From: Nemertoderma westbladi
Taxonomy: Eukaryota > Animalia > Xenacoelomorpha
DNA length: 62,337 nucleotides
Direction: 5' to 3'
Assembly (NCBI GenBank): GCA_032718475.1
Contig: JAUCBJ010005100.1
Span: 1-62,337, forward strand
Of this stretch, positions 24,147 through 37,634 are shown in pieces (the stretch's first letter is position 1; each line of letters begins with the position of its first letter). The notes below the pieces were generated by a model. That model had not been told where the DNA came from. It saw only the letters and a program-made list of their open reading frames with translations, and did not search any database. The translations under genes and the position numbers were made by a program.

Positions 24147-24972
24147 CTGTACAACGTCTCGTACTCCTTGAGGAGACTAGAAACGAGACAGGAGACTACA
24201 AATCTCCACCCAATATTAGTAAATAGAGATGTGGGACCCTTGATGGCCGCCACATAGACTTACCGTATTTTAGTAATTTAGTATTTTGTATTACTGTATG
24301 TGCATTTGTAATCCTCTTCACTGTAGATAGAGACAGCGGTGGAATTCCATTGTCTTTATATGTGAACATGGAGGGTAGTAGTACCCTTATGTATCACATA
24401 GGAGTGAGCGGGATTGTGTGTACAGTAGGAATGGAATTCCACTTGGAACCCACAAGTGGGACAATTTTTCAAAAATTATTAGACAAATCCATTTAGTTGG
24501 ATTTAAATTTAAGAAAAATGATTCTCCAGTGAATGCGAATTCTAGAATACAGCTAGATAAAAATTAAAATTGGGGAGGACAAGAGCGGATGGAAGGCTTG
24601 CGAGCCTACCGATAAATTTTTTTTTGGGAAAAGAATACTGGCCTTGTTCTACGTAGTCGTGTCTACTATTATTTAGACCGAATTAATTCTCGACTGCATT
24701 ATTTCTTTGGGAATGTAGTTTGGGAAATTAAAAGGTGATTATTTTAGACTCGCGGCTAGTTTACCCGGATTTCGTTTTTTATCGGCACAATTTTTGGATT
24801 AGGAGCCAGTGCGAAATCACGTGAACCCGAAGTCATTAGGCAAATGGGTTGGGGTTTTAGAGCAAAGTTGAGCCAAAAGCCGACTAACTCTAAGTCACCT
24901 CACATCTAACCTCTATTTTGTGCTTCATCTAGTAGAAACGTAACAATATGTAACCATATATAGGCGTATACA

Positions 24973-27900
24973 ATGGCGGAGAAGATTTATAAGGAGTTAC
25001 GACAGGGGTTTACACAGGAACAGGAGCACCAGGCGCCGTTTAATCGTTATGGAGCTAAAAACTTTAGTGTGTTTGGGTGGAGAGTATGGCTAGGAGTACA
25101 GCCAAGCTCGCTAAATCCAAGGCGGACCCGAATGTTACAAAACAGCGATTGGACGCTTATAACAAAAGAGCGGAGGAATTACACGCGGAGTTTAATGCAT
25201 TGTATCCCTACGATGCGTTATGCAACGCCAGTGACATTTGCGAGGATCCAGACACGGAGATACGCCGATTATATCATACGCTGCAATATTTGATGGTGAA
25301 CGAACCCTTACCTGCAGCTAGGGACGAATTCGAAGGAATGCATCTTTATAGACGCGCTCGAGGAGCGGATCCAGAGACAAAGGACGCATTCTCCATATAC
25401 AAACTGTTTTACAAATGTGGAGCATGTATGCGCAAGCAAGACAACGCGATTCCTATGCGATTGAACTCGGAAAACCCCGAGCCGATATTTGTGCGATGCT
25501 CATACCACCAAAGTCTGCGTTACCAAGAAGGCGGATACCCTTTGACGAATCCATACCATTCGTTCAAGATGAGTGGACCGAATGCAGGTGAGATCGTTAT
25601 TTACGAACCCAAATTATTCGAACCAGACGTCTACAATATGGTAGTGGATGAGTCTAATAAGTCGACGCAAGAGAAACGGGAAGCTTTGAGCCTCTACAGG
25701 GCCTACAAGGCATACGAGAAAGGCGAGATCGAGGAGTTCGGCGGAAGGCTCGCGAGCCTACCATTTTACTGGATATCCCACGATCAAACCGTACCTAAGG
25801 AGATGACACCCGAGCTCTTCGATAGTATCACCTTTACTCAGCGTTTGTCGCAGAGACTACAGATACCTCATGTCGAGATGACGCGAGAACCTCAGCCCCA
25901 TCCTACTAAAGCGATAGTACCGGTCGCGAGACCAACCAGCTTTCCTATTAGTATACCGGCCCGAGAGGAGACAACTTATGAGATTCCTATAGTTGAACAC
26001 CCGGAGATCATTTCGAACCGGGATTTCCTCCCATCGGTTACCTTTGGTGATGTGTTAGAGTCAGCCGAGTTGCGTAGAACGATAGTACAGAAAATCGTAC
26101 GCAACGTGCCTCCACATATTACGGACTTTAAGGAAGTGAATCGCGCGGGGACGGATATCGCACCTTGTATCTTGCGAGGATATCTAACGAAAATGATTCG
26201 ATTATGTATTGGAGTCGGAACGTTTGAGACCGACACCGATATTGCGACCAATTGGACCAGTAAACCTATTAGTTTCGATGATGAAAAGTCAATAGGGAGA
26301 ATTTGGAACCCTACCGACGATTTACTCTACGATTGGGACACGACTAGCCGATCTCTGAAGGAGAATGGTTATATGTTTTACGATAAAGAAGGCCATGGAA
26401 GAGGATCGATTGCCTACGCCATACGTGGATACTAGACCATTGTTGCTTTGGGCTATTGAGCAAGGATATTTTAGGGAGTATAACACGCTAAAAACTGGAA
26501 CGGGTTATATCTCATACCTAATGTTTAGTTGGGATTATAAGGAGAGTAAGAGGAGCAAATACACGGACGTATACGGAGAGGGAGATACCCCCGGCATAAA
26601 CGAGTTCGAGTTACAGCTAAAGTGGCGAGGTTGCGTGTGTACTGGGCGATTACCTCACCTCCACGAATAATCTTGCAATACTATTTGGCGATAGAATCTT
26701 CGGTAAACGTTTGCTTCATCGCCGATGTAGTGTCTAGGACTCTAAAGTGACATCCGTTATGTCTCGGTGAAGGACATACCTTTTACGATGGAGGAAGGAT
26801 GCATACTGATGTATTCCGCCGATTTCTCCAACCCTTTTATAACACCAATGCGCACTGCGAAGTTTTCACGCGAGCGGGACTTAGCGTTTTCAGGGACGTC
26901 TATCTCACTCACGCAGGAAGCCTAGTCGACAGACCGTCGATGTTAACGTTAGTACCCTACGATGGGGAACGCAACGCGGAATTCAAAGGCCCGGAAGGAT
27001 CCTGGAAGGCTCGCAAGCCTACCACCCATCATGACGATGTGGATCTGACCGAGTTTGCGATAATAGACGAACCGTTGTGGCAACTCATAGAGATAGAGGA
27101 GAACCTTCCGAGGAAGACGCGAACTAAGATACGCGAGTTGGAGAAAAGCGATGCCATGGTTTGTGTACAACCTACGGATACGAACATACCGACTGACCCG
27201 GATGATGAGAATTATCACGTGGACAGTAGCTCTCGCCCCATCGGAGATCTTATCTATGAGCGAGTTTGCTACCCTGCCAACACTATTTGTAGCAGATGCG
27301 GGGCAACTGGCCACCACGCAAAGAAATGCGGAGCGAAACATATATCTCTACCGGACTTAGTATGTTACTGGTGCGGGGATCAACGTTCGCACACTTTCTA
27401 CACCTGCTGGCGTTTCGTGGCGCAGTGCACGTATTGTAATATTAAAGGTCATAGGGCATCCGAATGTCAACTTAGGGACATCCCCTATGAGCATATGTCA
27501 GTTAAAATCATTCGACAGCTATTCAACCATTGGGAGAATCTAGCAGACGAGCATGTATCGACACAGCGACGCCATTTCCCTATGAGAGCACACTTGGGAT
27601 TTTGGGCCGTAAACCCTCTCATAATGTCGAAAGAAGGATACGTGTCAGCTATGCCTCAATACGATGCACTCTTGGAGGTGCTGGATATATTGCCATTGGA
27701 TAGCGGATTTAAGGTTGTGCGGGACTACTTTCTGCAGGTACACCCCGACAACAAGAACACTTGGAACTTTCAAACTGTGGTGAACAAGATTACCGCAGGG
27801 GAATTCGACAAATTGCGAGTCGAACAGCAGAATCGAGGAGCCTGGCATTCGATAGCTTGGGCATACCGGAGCGAATTTTATCACAAATGTGTAACCTCGT

Positions 27901-28442
27901 GTATTCTAGACGAGACGGACGTTTTGCGTGAGACTGGCTTCAAGGCCACGCCGTTAGCCGAAAAGACGCGTCACCCACAGGATGATCCACAACTTCGTAT
28001 ACTTAGAGCCCAGAAGGCCGGACAAGAGATAAAGAAGGTAGTAAATGTCGCTGAGAGGACGACATCGAAGTCGCAAATCCGGATGACTCGAGGCACGGTT
28101 TCCATCGCTAGAGAACCGCGCGGAGGGACAGGATTCGCTTTGCCAGAACCCATTAGAATTCAGACGACGTCAGAGAGCGAGGTGTCTGCGGACGGAACAG
28201 TCCCACCCTTTCGACTTCCTCCCAGCATTGTGGAGACTCGATCCGATGTTAAGCCAACAATTGGAATCGGACGAGGATTTAGAGGACTGAGCGCACGACG
28301 GATGTGCGAAACTCCCGTCGTCCCCTTTCCTAGCATTTTGGAACCACCGACAGCTCGACACCGAAGTCCGAGTCCAGTTCGATCCCGACCACCACCCAAT
28401 CGTATTAGAGGGCGTAGACTAACCTGTTCGACCAAGGAATAG
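24973..28442 (+). pseudogene. Element B extra 3' ORF: Cys/His N-domain, DEDDy-exonuclease-like domain, 3 CCHC knuckles and a conserved C-domain (frameshifted)
   Basis: Pieces 24973, 25077, 26365 and 26799 align end to end with D 43302-45804 (GMHLYRR.RG.D.ET..FS.YKLFYKCG.CM.KQD; VDT..LLLWA; LQYYL..ES; KPIGDLIYER-like; GFWAV.P; TWNF). Confidence 0.8.
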
Positions 28443-29227
28443 GAGAGCAAGATGAAGAAAGGAAGGCTTGCGAGCCTACCGATTGGATATTTATATTTGA
28501 ATATTATATTTGGATGTTATATTGGATATTTTATTTGGATATTTATATTTGATATTTATATTTTGGAATTTATATTGAACATTGGTTTTGGAGGAGCGAG
28601 ATAGAGAATGAAGGCTTGCGAGCCTACTGTTAGCAATTAGTGCTCAGGAGAAGATATCTAGACCAGTAGGACGAACTATTGAGCTCGTCAGGAGGACACT
28701 TAAAGACTTATTTGAAAGTTATTAGCGCATTATGTTTATTCTATATTTAAGATTGATTTAATTTGGTAAATTTATTATGTATATTTGCAATATATGAAGA
28801 ATTATTGAAAGCTTGAAATTATTTGTTTTGATTTGTTCTGATTTGTTTAATTTGCTTATCTTGATAACCGAAAGCTTTTTTTTGTATTTTATGCACTAAA
28901 GTTAATTGGTAAATTTGTATTTTGTATGTATAATAGATTGTATTTACACCGTACCTGCAATATTAAGTATGCAATAATTAGGTAGTGATTATTTTATATT
29001 TTAGGCCCCACCAGTAGATTTAGAAGTATTTTGTAAATAGTTTATATTTCGATTGGTGAAAACAGTCTTACTTACTGTTTTCATGGAGCGGTGATGGATT
29101 ATTTCACTATAAGATAGCATTTGTAGTTTAACGTAAAAACTTTCTAAAATCCGACGCATTTTGATTAAGTTACAGTAATGCAATATGCCTATTCATATTG
29201 GTACACATAAAACCCGTAGGTAATCTC

Positions 29228-29300
29228 ATGGCGTAGTGGTCAGATGGTTAAGGCATTGGTTGCATTACAGATAGGTTACGAGTTCGAATCCCAGTCGGGA
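29228..29300 (+). other. tRNA-derived sequence (Pol III A/B boxes); pseudo-tRNA or SINE head
   Basis: An A-box-like TGGCGTAGTGG/TGGTCAGATGG and a B-box GAGTTCGAATCC lie ~45 nt apart. The acceptor and anticodon stems do not pair cleanly. Confidence 0.6.
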
Positions 29301-30300
29301 AATTTGCATTTTTGGGCAATTTATTTACATTTGGTATAATTAGATAAACCAATGAGGTGCGTACAACACATGGAACGATGAGTTGGGCCAATCATAGGGC
29401 ATAGAACATCTTATTGCTTCAATGTGAGGCCATGGAATGCTCTGGAAGGTTCTAGCGGATTCTATGTCCCAGATTTAGTATATAAAGGCTGGTTTGCCTT
29501 ATACTGTAAACTTCTGAACATGTATATTTCTGAACGTCCACCATTGGGACAGCCAAGCATTAGGATGATGGCCGCCTAGACCGTTAGGCCGTCAGCAACG
29601 CAGGGAATGATGTCAACAACACGCTAAGCGCCCATATTAGATTAGACGGCGTACCCCCTTCGCCCTTCGAAATACTCCACCTTTGCCATGCAGCGCCCGA
29701 TTTCCGAGGAAGGTAAGACTTTGTTTGATGCCCTTGCCCGACGTAAGACCTATAGATCAAGGTAAGCGTGATGCCGTTCTGGGACGCCACAAAATTTAGG
29801 ATCAAATAATTATATTCAGACAGAACCCCCCCATCAGTACTGCAAATCCCTGGGTTAACCTGTATACCTCACAGGTGCGAACTATTGCCGTTCGTCAATA
29901 CGCGAGTACATATTAGGTACGGACAGCATATGTTCCATAATTTAGTGATTCGAAGCACTGACCGTTTGGTACCGGTTCGCTTTGTAGAATATACATTAGT
30001 ACCCCCCCCCCCCCCCCCCCCCTGTCTGCACTTGTTATTTGATCAGGCAAGGATCTATTTTGTAGTATTAGGGGGGCAGGAATTGGGTTAGTTAGGAAGC
30101 CTTAGATGTACCCGGGAGAGGCCTTCGTGCTTCACATTTCGAGTTGCGAACCTTGCGTCGCAAACTACGTAGCGTACTGTACATTGCGAGTTGCGAACAT
30201 TGAGTATAACAAACTGTACTGTATTGCGAACTATGAATTGCTGACTACTGTTTGTGAATTGTACATTAGGAACTATGATTGGTAAGTATAAACTATTGAT

Positions 30301-30753
30301 TGTTACGCTGATTGGTGTGTTACTAAAGTGTGCCTATAAAATCCCAAATGCTTAGATAGGCGCTCTTTTCCCTTTGATTGATTTCTATTTCTTAGTTTAC
30401 TATAAATAATTACTGATTAGGTCGAAAATAATACGGTAGTTAGACTGCTACTATGGCAACCCGTTGCGTAATAAATTAGAATTGCGCTTTCTGGAACACT
30501 TAGTAATTGGTACGCTGTTACATATTTGTGACTGTAATTAATTAGTAAAATTAAGAATTTGTACGCAGCATAGCGGAGAGTAGATTTGGAGTACTGTACA
30601 CTATTCACGCTGGGCGGTTATTTGAATTAGCGGGCAATAAGTTAGATCGCAGTAGCCAGTACGCAGCACGCATTAGTAAATCGCTGGCCTAAAGCCAGCC
30701 GAAGGCAAGTTTAGTCCCACAGTAGGTATTAGCCCTAATAAAACACTGTAACA
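30301..30753 (+). repeat. Possible LTR (unassigned)
   Basis: TGTTAC...GTAACA inverted ends, an internal ATTGG and CTATAAAA, and AATAAA just before the end. There is no TSD, PBS or second copy in the window. Confidence 0.3.
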
Positions 30754-33541
30754 AAATTTTGATTGTTTAAATATTCTCACATTCACACATTCCGTTAGGG
30801 AACCCCAGTATTTGCGATTAGATTAGATTAGAAAAGACGTAATTATTAGCGCGTTTTAACAGTAAGATTAGATCGTAAGAATACACTCTGAGTGTAAAGC
30901 CTCTCACACTCGTCTTAAGTAAGCTTAGGAAGCCGATTCGGGTTTATTGTTTTGGTTATTCCCGCGTGGCTCATATATTCGAACAGTTAGCTTTCTATCG
31001 AGCGATCGGTAGAGAAAGGAACAAGCGATTAGCAGGAGCCGTAGAAATTTAGTAAAATATATTAGCGGACGGCAGGCGAGCGCCATCCAACGGTGAGTAG
31101 CAGTTTTGTATTTAGCAGCCCTACATTAGTAATAACACGCTCCTGATTACCCCTGTTTAATAGTAGAGCAGTCTTTGTGTCTTTATTGGTTAGGCAGAGA
31201 CCCGCTAGTTTAACAGTGAAGCACAGGTATTTGCCTGTTTAGCGGTTCTGCAGTTAGTACAGGGGTAGGTTGTTTAACAGTGAAGCACGTGATACTTGCT
31301 GTTGCTTGCAACAGTAAAGAGTGTATTCAGAGTTAGATTACTGTATTCACTAGTCGCATGCAGTAGTACAGTAGTGCATTAGGCTGATTGCTGTTACTGC
31401 GTACGGTAGAAAAGACATTTGTTTGGCTGTACCACATACAGTATTCATTAGGCTGTTAGGTTAGTGTACTGTTTTACTTACTGTACTGCGTACAGTGGAT
31501 GTACGGTAGTGCGTTTACTAATCGCAAATACAGCAGTTCATTAGGCCGTTAGGGCACGCTGTAATTAGTAAGTTTTTTGAAAATTTTAGCTAGGTTTGTG
31601 AGAATTCAGTTTTGGTCAAAATTATTTGTAATAAAATCTAGAGTTTTGTACCGGTATGTTAGATAACCGCTTAGTTGTTTTATACCATCTGGAGATACAT
31701 GGCAAGACGGAGCTTCTGAGTTTGGGGTTCGTGTGGGTCTGCGGGTTCGGTTTGCAATCAGTGAAGAGCCTGAAACTTTGGACGCGGGCGTGGAATCTCA
31801 CAGCAAACAAGGTTAGTTGTTCTGTTGGCACCATTGTGTTTGTGGAAGCAGTAAAAAATTACCGGTTGTTTAATTGCGAAGCTGAACACAATTTATTAGC
31901 TAGGTTAGTTAGGTTTAGCCGACCATGGTTTTTTGAATCGCTCAAGTTAGAGAGAGAGAGAGAGAGAGTCGCAACCCGAAGGTGTAGCCACGTGCTAGTG
32001 GATACATATAATATGTGAAATTAAAATTGCGTTGATTAGAGCTATATATGTAAAATTAGAAATATTTGGGTGGCAAGTTCATTTTTGAATATTTTGAATT
32101 AGATTCAGAAATTATTTTGTGTCATACCGGTATTTAAATGCTATATAATAGCTATAGAATAATATTTTTGTTTAAATATTGTACTGGTATTTGTAAAAGC
32201 TTTTGCGGATCTAGCTAGTTATTTTCCCCGCAAAGTACTCTGTAGGTGTTTTAGCGGACATAAAAAGCCGTTTCCTTACTGTACAGGTGATTTAGTGGAC
32301 ATAAAAAGCCATTTCTTCTGTATGTGTACTTTAGCAGACATAACTAGCGATTTTATGTCGCAATACGCCAAAATACTCTTGATACAGTGCAGTTCAGATG
32401 ACAACATCTATCAGCTGATATGTACATGTGTAACTTTTTCTTTGTTCGGTCGACCAATCAGAGCGATTTTCATTTTATTTGTACAGAAACCTCCGGGAAA
32501 TTGCGCAATGCATTATGGTTTATGTTTACCTTTTTTCCTGATGCCAGAACATCGGCTGTGGAATTATTCTGTGTTTCAGACTTTAGCCAAACATTAGAAC
32601 AGCTTTGATTATAGAAACGTATAACTGTTATCATATTGTTACAATCCATATTGTCATATTGTCAAACCAGATCACATACAAACACCGCATTATTTTACTG
32701 CTATTTACTGTCGGTTATTAATTGTTAGAAGTTGATGGAATGTTGTTATATTTGGAGAATATCGATAAATAACCATAAAACCCCAATCTTCTTGATATAC
32801 TGAAGGTTAGAGAGACCGGTTACATATAGCAATTGCGACTTACATTATAGTGGTTTTGGAGTGAATTGAATGCTGTTTCATAGGCCCTACATGTGTCGGT
32901 TGCTGTTCTCCTTATATATGATTTAAATTAGTGAAGGTCGGCAGATCAGTGTGCAGCAGTGTGCGGTAGTGTGCACGAGTGTGACAGATAACAAAGCATT
33001 TCCTAAAGAATGCGCCTTATACGTAAATCATTAGCCATCCCGTTGTGTTTAGTGTAAGTCATAACTCTGTTTACATACTTAGAGCGCCACGTCCTAAAGG
33101 AACTGTTAATATTTCCCGAAAGTGAATAATATTTGTCAGAGATTATATTAACGATCAGTCGAATAATACAGTAGGCCTACACCGCAATAAGGTCAGAGCT
33201 TCCGAATCCAGTCTCCCGGGTAAATCCAGTGGATGAATGGTCGCGCATAGGCTGGCTTCGGCTAATGTAGTTTTATGCGTATCAAATACTTGTCATAGGC
33301 TAAAGTCGATTTATAACCTAGAAGACACCTAAATTTGGCAGATTAAACTGCTAAACAGCGAACAGTGGCGAACAGTATTTGCTATAACTGTATCCTATTA
33401 AATTCACAATATTGCATTGCGAATTTATTTTGACATTTTTGGACCAACTAATTATTTGACAAATAATTTAATCATATTTTCGATTAAATATATCTCGAAT
33501 TTTTGCGAGATTTTGGCCGGAAGGCAAATATTATTTAGACT

Positions 33542-36500
33542 ATGAGTGTCTCAGAGAAGGAGGCACTAGAGGACAGCTATGAGACGGCGGCTGGACCGCC
33601 GACTGACGATAGCGTTAATATTACTGTTGACGACAATGCCGACTATGACGACGCAGCGAGCGACGCTGACGTAAGTGAACAGGAGGACGAGACAGTAACT
33701 AGTGAGGAAGAGCAAGCAGAGGTAATAGTATTAGGATCCCCTACCACTACTGTAAGGAAGGATTGTACAGCAGCCCGACCGGAGGTGAGTGATAGGGAAA
33801 GTAGTGTAGCAGAAGCGAGAGCCCGGAGCGCGGTTGCCAGACCTGTGGGTATGGTAAGTGCCGTGGTCCCACCGGCTAAAAGGAGTACCCGTTGTTCCCG
33901 AAATAATCCTTCAAGTCCACCGAGTGTGAGTCAGGAAAGCGAGAGAGAACTAGACACCGCGATAAAGGAGAAACTTCGCGCGCATGCCGGACATATAACT
34001 CGGACGGCGGACAAGGTAAGGAAGATGTTAGCCGACTCAGCAAACATCGGAAGGGAAGGGTTAGTAGAGATTAGAAAAGGATACAATTCAGCATTATTCA
34101 AGCAGATGGAGGAGCTTGCAGTCCTAGCGAAGAGAGCAGTGGAGTCTCAGTCAAGCGACGTGGCGACGAGAATTTACGACAGGGTTTTAGCAGCCTTGTT
34201 GGAGCACCACACATTATCAGAGCGATTTCGACGAGTTAGGACGGAGAACTGGTTGCTATGAGCATCACAAGCGCAGGCGACTCAGATGAGAGGCGCAGAG
34301 TTGAGAAACTTAGTGGAGCGGGAAGAGACGCAGGATAAGGAAGAGCGCAGGTATCAGAGGGAAGTTACCAGCTGGCTGATGCAGAGTGGAGTGGTGGTAC
34401 CGGGCCAGGTGCTGCCGACGACGGACAATATCCAACAGAGAAGGTTAACTCCACCCGACGACGCATCTAGAGAAGGTGGCGATTCCCAGGTTAGTCATGC
34501 GCGAGGGAAGGTTATATGTGCTAGATCCCTTGTTTCTCACAACTCGGTGGAGGAGAGAAGACACCGACTGAACGAACAACAGGCGGAAATTTTGCGTGCA
34601 TCGGAAGAAAAGAAGGAAGCCGAGTGGGAACAGGAGTGCACACGGAAGTTAGACGCAAAGTTGCGAGAGTTGGAAGAAATAAGTAAGCGTGAGCAAGCGG
34701 AACGCGAACGGAAGGAACGCGAACTCCAACTTGAACGCAAACAGAATGAACGCGAACTCCAACTTGAACGTGAACAGAAGGAACGCGAACGGAAGGAACG
34801 CGAACTCGAGATTGAGAAGGAGCGAAGGGCATTGTATGAAGAGAAGGCGCGTGTGGAAGAAGAGAGTGCAGCGAGACGAGCGAGGGAAGAAGAAGAACGT
34901 AAACTGGCACAGTTGGAAAGTGCGAGACTAAACTTAGAGAGCGAAGAACGGACCAGGAAGGCGAATGAAATCGCCGAGAAGGGGATGCGAATGATCGAAG
35001 AATGTGGGGCGAGTGTAGGTACTGAGTTGCGAGAACTGTTCGCACTACAGAAGGCCGAACAGGAAGCGAGAACTCCGACTATACGCGAGTCGACGACGAC
35101 CAGAATTCCTATACCCGGTCCAGCTATTACGAGTACTCGGATCGCTAAACCGTTCTCTACATATCGCACACCAGTTGGTATTAGTGCTTCTACTACTAGG
35201 ATCGGCATGCTGCATTGCAGCTGCATTTTTAAGAATGCTGTGCCGGCTTGTCAACAAAATTGCACCGCCACAACTCCCTATCACCCATGACATTTGCTAG
35301 ATCATCCGCATCTTTAAGGCCAGTGTCCTTTAAGATGCGTCTCAAGAAAGTCATGGGCTGTCCACCATGCTTATTCACTCCATGAGGCTGCCAAAGTACA
35401 AGATTATGCACTGGCTGGTCCTCATGGCGAAAGCAATGTCCTGCAAAGCGGAGGCGATTTTGTTCTAGTGTCAAGCTTGGGGGAACCAATGAGAAACCTC
35501 CAATGTTATATAGTGTCTGGTTGGAGATGTGTGCATTGTACTTGACACAATGTACCCGGCGTAGCATTCTTGTGAATGTGCCATCCAGAGATTTGGTGTC
35601 CTCAGCAGTTAGAGCCCAGCATGGACTCCCGTAGAGGAGTACTGGAACTACTGCTGCTCTAAATAATCGGACCTTAAGTTTCCGATTAATTCTAGGTGAC
35701 TTCCAAATCCTGGAAAGCCTATTCAAGGCTGCCCATGCCTTTCCCTTACGTATTCGAAGGTCCTCACCTGACTTCCGGATCCATGATCCCAGGTAACAGA
35801 AGTCGTCCACATGCTCAAGCATACCATCCTTTGAGCTTATGCTCATCCGATCAGAGACTTGCTGAGGACTTTCAAAGTTAACTGTCAGAATTTTGTCATT
35901 AGTGCTTCACCCATCGCGCAAGATCCATGTCATCAGGACACTGCACCACTACATACCGAACGTGACAACGAAGAGTTTAGAGGAGAAACTCCGACGGGCC
36001 GAGTATTGCGCGAACCGCGGGCAAACCCGCGGGTTTGGAATACGCGGACGGAGCGCCGACCCAGTTCGACGGAGAACTTCCGGGTTAAACCGGAAGAGGG
36101 ATCATATGAGAGACAGCGGATTACTCAGATAGAGCCAACAATACAACAGAACCCTAGCCAGGAATTTATTACGAGGGATGAGTTAAGTGCTAGTTTAGCA
36201 CAAGCTATATCGCCGCACATCCAACCTATAATGGACATGCTTAGTAACCTACAGTTAAAGGAAGCAGCCCAGGTAAGAAGTAATTCTAATCCTAGCAGGC
36301 CTGAGTTATTTTAAGTCCAACCTAGTCAACGAGTACACATATCGGAGGCAACTATACCACATAGACCTCAGGTAAGAATGCCTGTCCCTACGATACATAA
36401 TCCCAACTTCGAGAATTCGGCGGAAAGATTTATACAGGATGCTTGAGTCAGGGCTTCGGCGCGTAAACCAACGCGAGCGCTGAGAACTGATACTGACTCA

Positions 36501-37616
36501 AGCGATGAAGAGGAAGACATGAGACGTCAGAAGTCCCGAAACTATAAGGAAAGAAGGACCGACGCGGAGCAGGTAAGTTTCAATCCCCGGGAAAGGACCA
36601 GACTTAATAAGCCTGCAGAACTAAACCATTTGTTAACCTGGAACGACGCAACCCTTAGAGACATAGGTAAGTTTGCCGCTAGGCAAGGACTGCCGGCGCA
36701 ACAACCCCAGAAGTTTATGGGCAACCATAAACATTGGAGGACTTTCAAAACCTATGTCGACGAACAGCTGACCAACAGCACCTTTACTCCCAATGAGAAG
36801 TTCAACTATTTGCTTCAAATGCTCCATCGAGAATCTAGAGCCATTGCTGACAACTTCGTCGGCAATGAAAGAGCATTTGAGTTGGCAATGAAGACGCTTA
36901 GCGACATCTACGGGAATAAAACCAAGATGGCACAGTCGATAGTGGAAGACTTGGGTAAGGGCGGAAGGATTACAACTCTGCTGTTGAACTTAGCGAACGC
37001 TATTTCGAACGCATTAGACATCTTGAGGACGGTGAATCTACCTCATCATGGTGATCACGCCGAAGTTTTGAAGAGCATAATAAGACGTTTAAACATGCGT
37101 TACCGACAGAAATGGCGCAAATTAGAGAATAAGTTGGAGAGCCAAGGTAAAGTATTGACACTTCAACATATTCATGACATGATAGCCACAGACACAGTAG
37201 CAGAGATGAAGTCAAACTTCTCAGAGGAGAATATGAGAGAGTCTAAACCTGTTACCGGTAAGTCTATGGTAAGTTTTGACGATGACAGGACCACTGTGAC
37301 TTATAACTCAGTAGACAGATATAATTCGAGTACCCCTGCCTTTAGATCAGACTCGCGAGTATGGTCAGGTGAGCAGTCCGATAGACCTAAGTTAAAGCAA
37401 CAGGAGTTGCCGGATGGATTTGTAGGTTGCCAATTCTGTTTACTAAAGGAGGTAAGATCTGACGACCATAAGTTAGACAGTTGCAGACGGTTCAAAGAAT
37501 TAACTTCGGAACAGAGAAGAGTTCAAGTGCGGACGTTGGACACCTGTTGGGCATGTCTTGCGCCAGGTCATGTACGGCGGCAGTGCCCGAACAGCAAGGA
37601 CGGATGCATGGAATGA
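33542..37616 (+). pseudogene. gag: Element D gag (disrupted by stops and an RTE insertion)
   Basis: Has an E/R coiled coil, PQKFMGNHKHWRTF..EKFNYL, and the knuckles CQFC..HKLDSC and CWACLAPGHVRRQC. Confidence 0.85.
35191..35897 (-). mobile_element. 5'-truncated RTE-type LINE (707 bp) with an 11-bp TSD and (TAG)n tail
   Basis: TSD ATTAGTGCTTC at 35180-35190 and 35898-35908. The ORF reads VDDFCYLGSWI..KAWAALNRLSRIWKS..KVRLFRAAV.PVLLYG..W.LT..LDG..RMLR..RLRFAGHC.R, an RTE-like RT C-terminus. Confidence 0.92.
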
Positions 37617-37634
37617 GGCAGACTACATCACAAG

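Larger units (their letters stand above)
11546..28900 (+). mobile_element. BEL/Pao LTR retrotransposon 'B' (degraded, ends not resolved), hosting element A
   Basis: Contains gag (DUF1759-like KFSGNVKHWRT..EKFNYL), BEL RT (YYLPHH..KVRVVND..DVEAMF..FYVDD) and RNase H (LHSFSDAS..YWTDA). The IN C-terminal tail resumes at 24147, followed by the extra ORF. It is collinear with element D. Confidence 0.85.

Noticed and set aside
24973-28442. env gene
   Set aside because: It occupies the env position but shows no signal peptide, TM anchor or fusion-protein features.
29228-29300. Functional tRNA gene
   Set aside because: The acceptor and anticodon stems do not form; only the promoter boxes are recognisable.
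30760-33500. LTR/PBS of element D, or genes in the long non-coding stretch
   Set aside because: No repeat partner, PBS or credible ORF could be identified within the window.
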